From NCBI GenBank assembly GCA_946539855.1, contig CAMNHV010000009.1:677-64676 (forward strand): a DNA stretch of 64,000 nucleotides, in the 5' to 3' direction. The DNA is from an uncultured Lachnospiraceae bacterium (GTDB lineage: Bacteria; Bacillota; Clostridia; Lachnospirales; Lachnospiraceae). Position 1 is the stretch's first letter. Every line of letters begins with the position of its first letter. This document shows positions 26,338 through 34,072 of this stretch, in pieces. The translations under genes and the position numbers were made by a program. The notes under the pieces were generated by a model. That model was not told the origin of the DNA. It made no database searches and saw only the letters and a program-made list of their open reading frames with translations.

Positions 26338-29060
26338 GTAAAGTATTGTCGATCCGCGTGACAGGTGCGGTGCAGGGCATCGGCTACCGCCCGTTTATCG
26401 CGCGTCTCGCTGAAAAACTAAATCTTGTCGGAGAAGTCAGGAACACCGGCGGCGTCGTCACGATTCTGGCAGCAGGCAGCGCTTCCGCCGTGGATACTTT
26501 CCTGCAGACAGTGCAGACCAAGGTGCCTGCTGGCGGACTGCTTGTGTCCGTGGACGCACGCGACGTAACAGACCGCTATGTGGCAGCTGAGGACAAAGCA
26601 GATGTCTCGAGCGTCGCAGAAGAATATGCGACAGTTGTGGGAAAAGAACCTGCCTTGGATGAAACAGAAGAGCATGCCGCAGAAGCCCTGAATGATAGAA
26701 AAGAGAGTGACGGTATTCTGCCGCTGCCCGAACACTTCCGAATTTGTGAGAGTGAAGTCGAGCAAGTTGATGATCTTCCGGTATTTCCGCCGGATATCGG
26801 GATCTGTGAAGAATGCACAGGTGAGATGGAGGATCCATCTGACAGACGACACGGATATCCGCTGATCAGCTGCGCTTCCTGTGGACCGAGATGGAGCATC
26901 CTCCGGCGGTTCCCGTATGACCGGGATACGACGGCGATGCTTCCGTATGAGATGTGTCCCACCTGCGCTGTGGAGTATACGACCGGACGACGCAGGCATG
27001 CGCAGACAATTTCCTGCCACGACTGCGGACCGCAGATGGTGCTCTACGGATTCGATGGAACACAATTCATCCGCATGAATAGTGCTTCTGAAGGAAGTGA
27101 CATCGACGAAGATCTGATGAAGGCTGCGGCGATCTTGCGGCACGGAGGAATTCTTGCTGCAAAGAGTGTCGGCGGGTATCAGCTGATGTGCCTTGCGAAC
27201 GATGCCGACGCGGCGAAGCGCCTTCGGAAGATAAAAGGCCGTGAAAAGAAGCCTTTTGCTGTGCTGTTCCATGACGTCAGTGCCGTGAAAGAGTATTGCA
27301 TCGTCAATGAGGAAGAAGAGAAACTGCTTCGTTCCTCCGCGCGGCCGATCGTGCTTCTTGAACCCGCAGTTCGCTCCGCCTTCCCCGCAGAAGTATGTGC
27401 GGAGAGCCGGAGGATTGGCGCGTTTCTTCCGTCGGCGGGGTTCCAGACATTGCTTACAGGATTGTGCGGACCGCTGATCGTCACGAGCTGCAACCTGACG
27501 GACGGACCGATCCTGACGCATAACGAGGACCTGCTCACATTCTTCCGGCAGAGCGAAGATCCGCCGGACGCAGTCTACGATCACGACAGGGAGATCCTGC
27601 GGCCGCTCGACGACTCGGTGCTGAGTGTCGTGGACGGGCAGGCGCAGATGATTCGCAGAAGCAGAGGATACGTTCCGATGCCGGTATTCGTGAAGCATGG
27701 GGCTTCTTCCGGGGCCGCGATCCTCGCGCTCGGCGGAGACCTGAAGAGCACATTCTGTCTCATGAAACGCGATCGCGCGATCCTGTCGCAGTATTACGGT
27801 GACCTCGCGGAGTATGGCGTTTACGGAAATTACACCAGTGGGATCCGCGACATGGCGGATGTCTTCGAAGTAAAGCCGGAGATCATCGTCACAGATCTTC
27901 ATCCCGGCTACCTTTCATCGGCGCACGGGAAGGAGATCGCGGAAGAACTCGCTTCAAAAGGAACTGAACAAGTAGAAGAGATCCGCGTCCAGCATCACCA
28001 CGCCCACATCGCTTCTGTGATGGCGGAGCATGGGCTGGAGTCCTGCATCGGTATTGCCTTTGACGGCACGGGATACGGGACGGACGGCCAGCTCTGGGGC
28101 GGAGAGTTCCTATATTGCAAGGGATCCGGATTCGAGAGAGAAGCATCTCTTTCCGCGATTCGTCTATGCGGCGGCGACCGCGCGGCGAAGGACGCGGAAC
28201 TCGCAGCATGCTGTCTTATCACATCATGTGAAAATGCAGTAGACACGAAGCTTGCGCCAGACAGGAATGCCTCCATCGTGGAAGGCACCGGCAAAGTATC
28301 AGGTAGCGATTCAAATTCAGGCTTTTTCCTGGCGCGGCAGAACATCTCCCCCGCCAAGGAGCAAATGGTTCGTGCAGCGCTTGCGCATAACATCAACACC
28401 GTATCTTGCACAAGCATGGGGCGTCTGTTTGACGCCGCGGCTTTCCTGCTTAGCCTTCGAGCAGAGAATTCATATGAAGGAGAGTGCGCCATCGCGCTTG
28501 AAAATGCTGCGATCCGAGCGGCGAAATCAATTCTCTTAGAAGATAATGCAAACGCTGGAGCGGACAGTGACAGGACTGAGTTTTCAGATGTTGGAGCAGC
28601 TGGGAACGAGACCGAAACCGTCAACACCGGCACTCCCAGAAACGAGTCAGATCTCATCCACGCGATCCTCGAGAGAGCGGATCTCTGGAGGCGGGTGGAA
28701 ATGCTTTTCCCGGAACTTGTGAGAGAAGAGGACGGAAGGCTCCTCCTGTCACAGGAAGTCCTCGCGCGAGGAATCATGCAGGCGATGCAGGAGGAATCAG
28801 CGGACTTCGCCGCCCTCCTGTTCCACATGGCGATCCTCGAGGGAAGCGTGCAGATCTGTAGGAAGATCCGCGCAAAGACCGGCGAAACCGCGGTTGCGCT
28901 CTCGGGCGGATCGTTCCAGAACCGGATCCTCGCAGAGGGGTGCGTCCATCTTTTACGAAACGAAGGTTTTCATGTATACTTGAACAGGCTGGTACCCCCG
29001 AACGACGGCGGAATCAGCTTGGGACAGGCTTTTATCGCAGCACAGACGCTGCGGAAATAA
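26334..29060 (+). CDS. hypF: Carbamoyltransferase HypF with three insertions
   Basis: Acylphosphatase V.G.VQGIGYRPF, two Zn fingers (CEEC/CASC, CPTC/CHDC), PYDR..T.M, RRSRGYVP, QHHHAH, DGTGYG, SMGRLFDA, VPPNDGGISLGQA. Confidence 0.95.
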   Translation: MSKVLSIRVTGAVQGIGYRPFIARLAEKLNLVGEVRNTGGVVTILAAGSASAVDTFLQTVQTKVPAGGLLVSVDARDVTDRYVAAEDKADVSSVAEEYATVVGKEPALDETEEHAAEALNDRKESDGILPLPEHFRICESEVEQVDDLPVFPPDIGICEECTGEMEDPSDRRHGYPLISCASCGPRWSILRRFPYDRDTTAMLPYEMCPTCAVEYTTGRRRHAQTISCHDCGPQMVLYGFDGTQFIRMNSASEGSDIDEDLMKAAAILRHGGILAAKSVGGYQLMCLANDADAAKRLRKIKGREKKPFAVLFHDVSAVKEYCIVNEEEEKLLRSSARPIVLLEPAVRSAFPAEVCAESRRIGAFLPSAGFQTLLTGLCGPLIVTSCNLTDGPILTHNEDLLTFFRQSEDPPDAVYDHDREILRPLDDSVLSVVDGQAQMIRRSRGYVPMPVFVKHGASSGAAILALGGDLKSTFCLMKRDRAILSQYYGDLAEYGVYGNYTSGIRDMADVFEVKPEIIVTDLHPGYLSSAHGKEIAEELASKGTEQVEEIRVQHHHAHIASVMAEHGLESCIGIAFDGTGYGTDGQLWGGEFLYCKGSGFEREASLSAIRLCGGDRAAKDAELAACCLITSCENAVDTKLAPDRNASIVEGTGKVSGSDSNSGFFLARQNISPAKEQMVRAALAHNINTVSCTSMGRLFDAAAFLLSLRAENSYEGECAIALENAAIRAAKSILLEDNANAGADSDRTEFSDVGAAGNETETVNTGTPRNESDLIHAILERADLWRRVEMLFPELVREEDGRLLLSQEVLARGIMQAMQEESADFAALLFHMAILEGSVQICRKIRAKTGETAVALSGGSFQNRILAEGCVHLLRNEGFHVYLNRLVPPNDGGISLGQAFIAAQTLRK

Positions 29061-29072
29061 GGATCCTGACAC

Positions 29073-29111
29073 GATGGGATCAGTCTGGGGCAGGCTATTG
29101 CTGCGACGCTG
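29073..29111 (+). pseudogene. Relic second copy of the hypF 3' end
   Basis: Translates D-G-I-S-L-G-Q-A-I-A-A-T-L, matching the HypF C-terminus GGISLGQAFIAAQTL; differences in the GISLGQA core are synonymous. Confidence 0.65.
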
Positions 29112-29146
29112 ACACCGCAGGATCCACATAAAAGGAGAGATTCAAT

Positions 29147-29374
29147 ATGTGCGTAGCATATCCGGGAACAGTCATAGCGGTCCGTCCGGCGGAGCATAAG
29201 GCGACTGTCGATTTTTCGGGCACGACGGTGGATGCGCTGACCGGGGTTTCCGATATCAAGGAGGGCGACCGCGTGCTGGTGCACGCCGGCTGCGTGATCC
29301 GGGTCCTGCAGGAGCAGGAGGCGGACGAGCTGACCGAGCTCTTTAAGGAACTGGAGGAGGCGATCCGGTCATGA
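29147..29374 (+). CDS. hypC: Hydrogenase maturation chaperone HypC
   Basis: MC.AYPG N-terminus with Cys2, GD.VLVHAG; RBS AAAGGAG. Confidence 0.93.
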   Translation: MCVAYPGTVIAVRPAEHKATVDFSGTTVDALTGVSDIKEGDRVLVHAGCVIRVLQEQEADELTELFKELEEAIRS

Positions 29375-30417
29375 GCGCGCTCACTCTGGAACGGATCCGC
29401 GAGGAGCTCGCCTCGTACGACGGCGCGCCCCTGAGGATCATGGAGGTGTGCGGCACACACACCGCCTCCATCGTGAAAAACGGCATCCCATCCCTCCTGT
29501 CTGACAAGATCCGTCTGATTTCCGGACCGGGCTGCCCGGTCTGCGTGACGGTCACGGCCTACATCGACAGGCTGACGGAGCTCGCGCTCACGGAGGGCAC
29601 GGCCGTCTGCGCGTTTGGCGATCTTCTGCGCGTGCGCGGAAGCAGCATGAGCCTCGCGGACGCGAAAGCGCGCGGCGGAAGAGTGCACATGGTCTACTCG
29701 CCGGCGCAGATGCTGGATCTCGCAGAGGCGGATCCGCAGAGGACGTACGTCTTTGCGGCGGTCGGCTTCGAGACGACGATTCCGGTCTACGCGATCCTTA
29801 TTCAGGAGGCGGAGCGCCGCGGAATCCGCAACGTCAAACTACTTACGTCGCTCAAGACAATGCCGCAGGTCATCGGCTGGCTCATGGACTCCGGCGCAAA
29901 GATCGACGGCTTCATCGCACCGGGCCATGTCTGCGCGGTCGCCGGCTACGAGGACTACATTACTGCCGCCGCGAAGTACGGCGTGCCTTTCGTGGTCTCG
30001 GGTTTTGAGGGACCGCAGCTGCTCGCGACGATCTACGCCCTCGTGAAGATGCAGGGCAGGGGAGAGGTCAGAAACCTTTACCCGGGCGTCGTGGAAAAGG
30101 AAGGCAGCCCCGAATCCAGACAGCTCACAGCGGAGTTTTTCGAGCCTTGCGATGCGGCATGGCGCGGCATGGGGATCATCCCCGGCTCCGGTATGCGCCT
30201 GAAAGATGAATTTGCGCAGTACGACGCAGGAAGCGAGGGCCTCACGGAGGACCGCATGGCGACCGGCTGCCAGTGCGCGCACGTGCTGACGGGCGAGATC
30301 ACGCCTGAGCAGTGTCCCCTGTTTGGAAAGGTCTGCACACCGCAGGATCCGCACGGCGCCTGCATGGTGTCGCAGGAGGGGAGCTGCTTTAATCACTTTG
30401 TGGCAAGAGGAATATAA
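29371..30417 (+). CDS. hypD: Hydrogenase maturation protein HypD
   Basis: MEVCGTH, GPGCPVCV, VGFETT.P, PGHV, C.C..VL.G...P..CPLFG..CTP..P.GACMVS.EG.C. Confidence 0.95.
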   Translation: MSALTLERIREELASYDGAPLRIMEVCGTHTASIVKNGIPSLLSDKIRLISGPGCPVCVTVTAYIDRLTELALTEGTAVCAFGDLLRVRGSSMSLADAKARGGRVHMVYSPAQMLDLAEADPQRTYVFAAVGFETTIPVYAILIQEAERRGIRNVKLLTSLKTMPQVIGWLMDSGAKIDGFIAPGHVCAVAGYEDYITAAAKYGVPFVVSGFEGPQLLATIYALVKMQGRGEVRNLYPGVVEKEGSPESRQLTAEFFEPCDAAWRGMGIIPGSGMRLKDEFAQYDAGSEGLTEDRMATGCQCAHVLTGEITPEQCPLFGKVCTPQDPHGACMVSQEGSCFNHFVARGI

Positions 30418-31433
30418 TGACAGAATCATTCATAAAAATGGCCCACGGCAGCGGCGGACAGTCCACGTCCGAACTGATCGCGGGCATCTTTGCGAAGTAT
30501 TTTCATAACGAGTATCTGGACGCGATGGGCGACGCCGCGGTCGTGCCGGGAAGCGGCAGGATCGCGATGACGACGGACAGCTTCGTCGTGACGCCGTATT
30601 TCTATCCGGGCGGCGACATCGGCAGGCTGTGCATCTGCGGCACCGTCAACGACCTTCTGATGAGCGGCGCCGTGCCGAAGTATCTGACCTTCGGCTGCAT
30701 CCTGGAAGAGGGAATGCCGACGGACGCGCTCGAAAAGATCGTGCAGTCCGCAGCGCAGACAGCGGCGGAAGCCGGGATCCAGATCGTCGCCGGCGACACC
30801 AAAGTCATCGAGAACAGCGGCCATCCGGAGGGTGGCATCATCATCAACACGGCTGGTGTCGGCTTCGTCCCGGAAGGCAGATCCGTTGGCGCAGACCAGA
30901 TCCGGGAAGGGGACGCAGTCATCATTTCCGGCACGCTCGGAGAGCATCACGCCGCGATCCTCGGCAAGCGCATGGGCCTCGAAAACACCATCCAGAGCGA
31001 CAATGCGCCGCTCGGCGAGATGACGTCCGCGCTGTTTGCGGCAGGCGTCCGCGTCCGCGCGATGCGGGACGTGACGAGAGGCGGCCTCGGTACCGTGATG
31101 CACGAGTTCGCATCCGAGTCTGGCAAGACGATCATTCTGGAAGAAAAGGCTCTTCCCGTGCGCCGCGACGTTCGCGACTTCTGCGGTATCCTCGGACTCG
31201 ACCCGCTGTATATGGGCAACGAAGGAAAGATGGCGGTGGTCGTCGATCCGGCAGACACTGAGAAGGCGCTGGAAGCGATCCGCGGCAGCCGCTACGGACA
31301 GGACGCGGCGGTCATCGGAGAAGTAGCCGCGGCGGAAAACATGCCGGAAGGCCGGCTCCTGCTCCGCACGCCGGTCGGAGGATTACGGGTGCTTGGGCCC
31401 CTTTACGGAGAGGGGTTACCACGCATCTGCTGA
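30417..31433 (+). CDS. hypE: Carbamoyl dehydratase HypE
   Basis: MAHGSGG, TTDSFVV.P.F.PGGDIGRL..CGTVNDL, GDTKV, MRD.TRGG, NEGK, C-terminal LPRIC. Confidence 0.96.
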   Translation: MTESFIKMAHGSGGQSTSELIAGIFAKYFHNEYLDAMGDAAVVPGSGRIAMTTDSFVVTPYFYPGGDIGRLCICGTVNDLLMSGAVPKYLTFGCILEEGMPTDALEKIVQSAAQTAAEAGIQIVAGDTKVIENSGHPEGGIIINTAGVGFVPEGRSVGADQIREGDAVIISGTLGEHHAAILGKRMGLENTIQSDNAPLGEMTSALFAAGVRVRAMRDVTRGGLGTVMHEFASESGKTIILEEKALPVRRDVRDFCGILGLDPLYMGNEGKMAVVVDPADTEKALEAIRGSRYGQDAAVIGEVAAAENMPEGRLLLRTPVGGLRVLGPLYGEGLPRIC

Positions 31434-31521
31434 ATAACAAGTAATGCAGGACGACAAACATCACGAGCGGAACGCGAAGCGTTCTGCGAGTGCTCAACAA
31501 TTAATTAAGGAGACCCCAACT

Positions 31522-32781
31522 ATGGCACTCATCAAAAAACCCGTCAACGGCATGAAGGACATCCTCCCCCGCGAGATGGAGATCCGGGACTACCTGATCG
31601 CCCTCATCAAGGAGACGTACGGGCAGTTCGGCTTCCAGTCGATCGAGACGCCTTGCGTCGAGAGCATTGAGAACCTGACCAGCAAGCAGGGCGGCGACAA
31701 CGAGAAGCTGATCTTCCGCATCTTAAAGCGCGGCGAGAAGCTTCGTCTGGAAGATGCGAAGAGCGACGCCGACCTCGTCGACTACGGCCTGCGCTATGAC
31801 CTGACCGTGCCGCTCGTGCGGTACTTCTCAAACCACGAAAACGAGCTGCAGATGCCCTTCAAGGCGCTGCAGATGGGTAATGTGTGGCGCGCGGACCGGC
31901 CGCAGAAGGGCAGGTACCGCCAGTTCATGCAGTGCGACATCGATATCATCGGCGAGCCCTCGAACCTCGCGGAGATCGAGCTGATCCTCGCGACGACGAC
32001 GACCCTCGGCCGCATCGGCTTCAAAGGCTTCCAGATCCGGATCAACGAGAGAAGGCTGCTGAAGGCGATGGCGTCCTACAGCGGATTCCCGGAGGAGCGC
32101 TGGGACGAAGTCTTCATCACCCTCGACAAGATGGACAAGATCGGCCTGGACGGCGTCCGCAGCGAGCTCGTCGAGAGCGGTTTCGCGGCGGAGAGCGTGG
32201 AAAAGTATGCCGCGCTGTTCGACGGCCTGAAGCAGACGGACGATCCGCTCGCCTTCCTCGAGGAAGCGCTGAAGGACGTCATCACGGACGACACGATCAC
32301 TTCCCTCCGCGAGATCATGCAGAGCGTGGAAGAAGCGAAGAGCGCGGATTTCCAGGTCGTGTTCGACCCGACGATCGTGCGCGGCATGAGCTACTACACC
32401 GGAACGATCTTCGAGATCGCGATGCCGGAGCTCGGCATCAGCTGCGGCGGAGGCGGCCGCTACGACAAGATGGTCGGGCGCTTCATCGGCAGGGACGTCC
32501 CGGCGTGCGGCTTCTCCATCGGATTTGAGAGAATCATTCTCATCCTCATGGAGAACGGCTTCGAGATCCCGGACGCGCCGAAGAAGACGGCCTACCTCGT
32601 AGAGAAGAATCTCCCGGGCGACAAGCTGACCGCCGTCATCCGCAAGGCGCAGAAGGAGCGCGCGGACGGCAGTCAGGTCCTCCTCGTCCGCATGAACAAG
32701 AACAAGAAGTTCCAGAAGCAGCAGCTCACAGAACAGGGCTACACTGCATTTGAGGAGTTCTACCACGACACGGAGATCTGA
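31522..32781 (+). CDS. hisS: Histidine--tRNA ligase
   Basis: GMKD..P, LRYDLTVPL.R, motif 2 WRADRPQKGRYRQF.QCD, RGMSYYTG, GGGRYD, motif 3 GFSIGFERI. Confidence 0.88.
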   Translation: MALIKKPVNGMKDILPREMEIRDYLIALIKETYGQFGFQSIETPCVESIENLTSKQGGDNEKLIFRILKRGEKLRLEDAKSDADLVDYGLRYDLTVPLVRYFSNHENELQMPFKALQMGNVWRADRPQKGRYRQFMQCDIDIIGEPSNLAEIELILATTTTLGRIGFKGFQIRINERRLLKAMASYSGFPEERWDEVFITLDKMDKIGLDGVRSELVESGFAAESVEKYAALFDGLKQTDDPLAFLEEALKDVITDDTITSLREIMQSVEEAKSADFQVVFDPTIVRGMSYYTGTIFEIAMPELGISCGGGGRYDKMVGRFIGRDVPACGFSIGFERIILILMENGFEIPDAPKKTAYLVEKNLPGDKLTAVIRKAQKERADGSQVLLVRMNKNKKFQKQQLTEQGYTAFEEFYHDTEI

Positions 32782-32785
32782 CAGA

Positions 32786-33550
32786 GTGACGGAGCAGGGA
32801 AAAGCATCCTTCGCCAGCCTCATGGCCGCAGACAAGCCTCATCACGAGAACATCGCGACTGACACCGGCATCCGTCTCGAGCACACAGAGGACGGCCTGA
32901 CGCTCACGGACGGAAAACTCTCCATGCGGGGAGATTTCATGAGCCTGCTTCCCAGGATCCGCCGCGGCAACCTGCACAAGGAACTGCTGGTCCGTGCGGC
33001 GGGTTGGAAGAGCATGGGCGAAGGGAAAACGGACACCCCGACACCTCTCGTGCTGGATGCCACCGCGGGGCTGGGCGAAGATTCTTTTCTCATGGCAGCT
33101 GCGGGACTGCGCGTGGAACTGTATGAGCGGGACCCGGTGATCGCACAGCTTCTTGAGGACGCGCTCGAAAGAGCGGCGGAAGACCCGGAGCTCGCGCCGG
33201 TCGTCTCGCGCATGACCCTCCACTGCGAGGACAGCATCGCGGCGATGCAAAGGATCGGCCGGATGCGGGAGGCGGGAGAAGACGCCGCATTCCCTGACGT
33301 GATCTTCCTCGACCCGATGTTCCCGGGGCGCACCAAGAGCGCCCTCGTCGGGAAGAAATTCCAGCTTCTGCAGCAGCTGGAAAAACCTTGTGACGACGAA
33401 CAGACACTTCTTTCGGCGGCGGTCCTGGCGAGGCCCCGCCGCATCGTGATCAAGCGCCCCGCGAAGGGACCGTATCTGTCCGGCAGGAAGCCGGATTTTT
33501 CACTGCCCGGAAAAGCAGTCCGCTATGACGTGATCCTGCTGCATTCCTGA
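32786..33550 (+). CDS. rsmJ: RsmJ-like class I SAM-dependent methyltransferase
   Basis: VLDATAGLGED, ER.P.IA.LL.D.L.R, DVIFLDPMFP, RRIVIKRP, G..VRYDV. Confidence 0.8.
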   Translation: MTEQGKASFASLMAADKPHHENIATDTGIRLEHTEDGLTLTDGKLSMRGDFMSLLPRIRRGNLHKELLVRAAGWKSMGEGKTDTPTPLVLDATAGLGEDSFLMAAAGLRVELYERDPVIAQLLEDALERAAEDPELAPVVSRMTLHCEDSIAAMQRIGRMREAGEDAAFPDVIFLDPMFPGRTKSALVGKKFQLLQQLEKPCDDEQTLLSAAVLARPRRIVIKRPAKGPYLSGRKPDFSLPGKAVRYDVILLHS

Positions 33551-33585
33551 CAATAGCCGCCTGATATGGAACACTGAGAATATTT

Positions 33586-33611
33586 TGCGGAATCATATGA
33601 TTCCGCATTTT
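33586..33611 (+). terminator. Terminator after rsmJ
   Basis: Perfect 22-bp palindrome TGCGGAATCATATGATTCCGCA followed by TTTT. Confidence 0.75.
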
Positions 33612-33621
33612 CGTACGCACG

Positions 33622-33678
33622 AAGTAGTTGAGCCTAACCGAGAGTTAGATTATACTATCTCTGTTAGCGTAAACTAAG
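33622..33678. promoter_or_regulatory. Three tandem (GT)TAG-N6-CTA(AC) operators, putative DtxR/MntR-type metal repressor sites
   Basis: TAGttgagcCTAAC (33625), GTTAGattataCTA (33644), GTTAGcgtaaaCTAA (33663) overlapping -35, -10 and the start region. Confidence 0.65.
33628..33656 (+). promoter_or_regulatory. sigma-A promoter of the metal-ATPase operon
   Basis: TTGAGC-17 bp-TATACT. Confidence 0.65.
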
Positions 33679-33751
33679 AATCGGCTGTGCGGGAAGCGGA
33701 CTTAAGGATCCAAACGCACGATGAAAGCCGGAAATAGAAGAGGAGGCAGAT

Positions 33752-34072
33752 ATGATTTCCTGGAAGAAACTTGGAATGTTCGCGGGCGGCGTGCTGTTCG
33801 GCACAGCGGGCATCGCGATCCTCGGGAGCGAAGACGCAAAGAAGGTCTACACACACTGCACCGCGGCGGTGCTGCGCGGCAAGGACTGCGTTGTAAAGCG
33901 CGCCGAGATCATCCGCGAGAACTGCGGCGACATCGCGGCGGACGCCGAGGACATCAATGAGAAGCGTGCGGAAGCGGCCAGGGAACGCGAGATCGCGGAC
34001 GCCAGGGCGACGCTGGAAGCTTACACGGAAGTAGACACGAAAGAAAGCACGGAAGAGGAACCCAAAGAGTGA
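33752..34072 (+). CDS. Small P1B-ATPase-associated protein (DUF6110-like)
   Basis: N-terminal Gly-rich TM (FAGGVLFGTAGI.IL.S.DAKK.Y), helical tail; GAGG RBS; overlaps the ATPase start. Confidence 0.75.
   Translation: MISWKKLGMFAGGVLFGTAGIAILGSEDAKKVYTHCTAAVLRGKDCVVKRAEIIRENCGDIAADAEDINEKRAEAAREREIADARATLEAYTEVDTKESTEEEPKE

Noticed and set aside
31522-32781. HisZ (ATP phosphoribosyltransferase regulatory subunit) assignment
   Set aside because: Motif 2 and the His-binding loops are intact, and there is no adjacent hisG or his operon.
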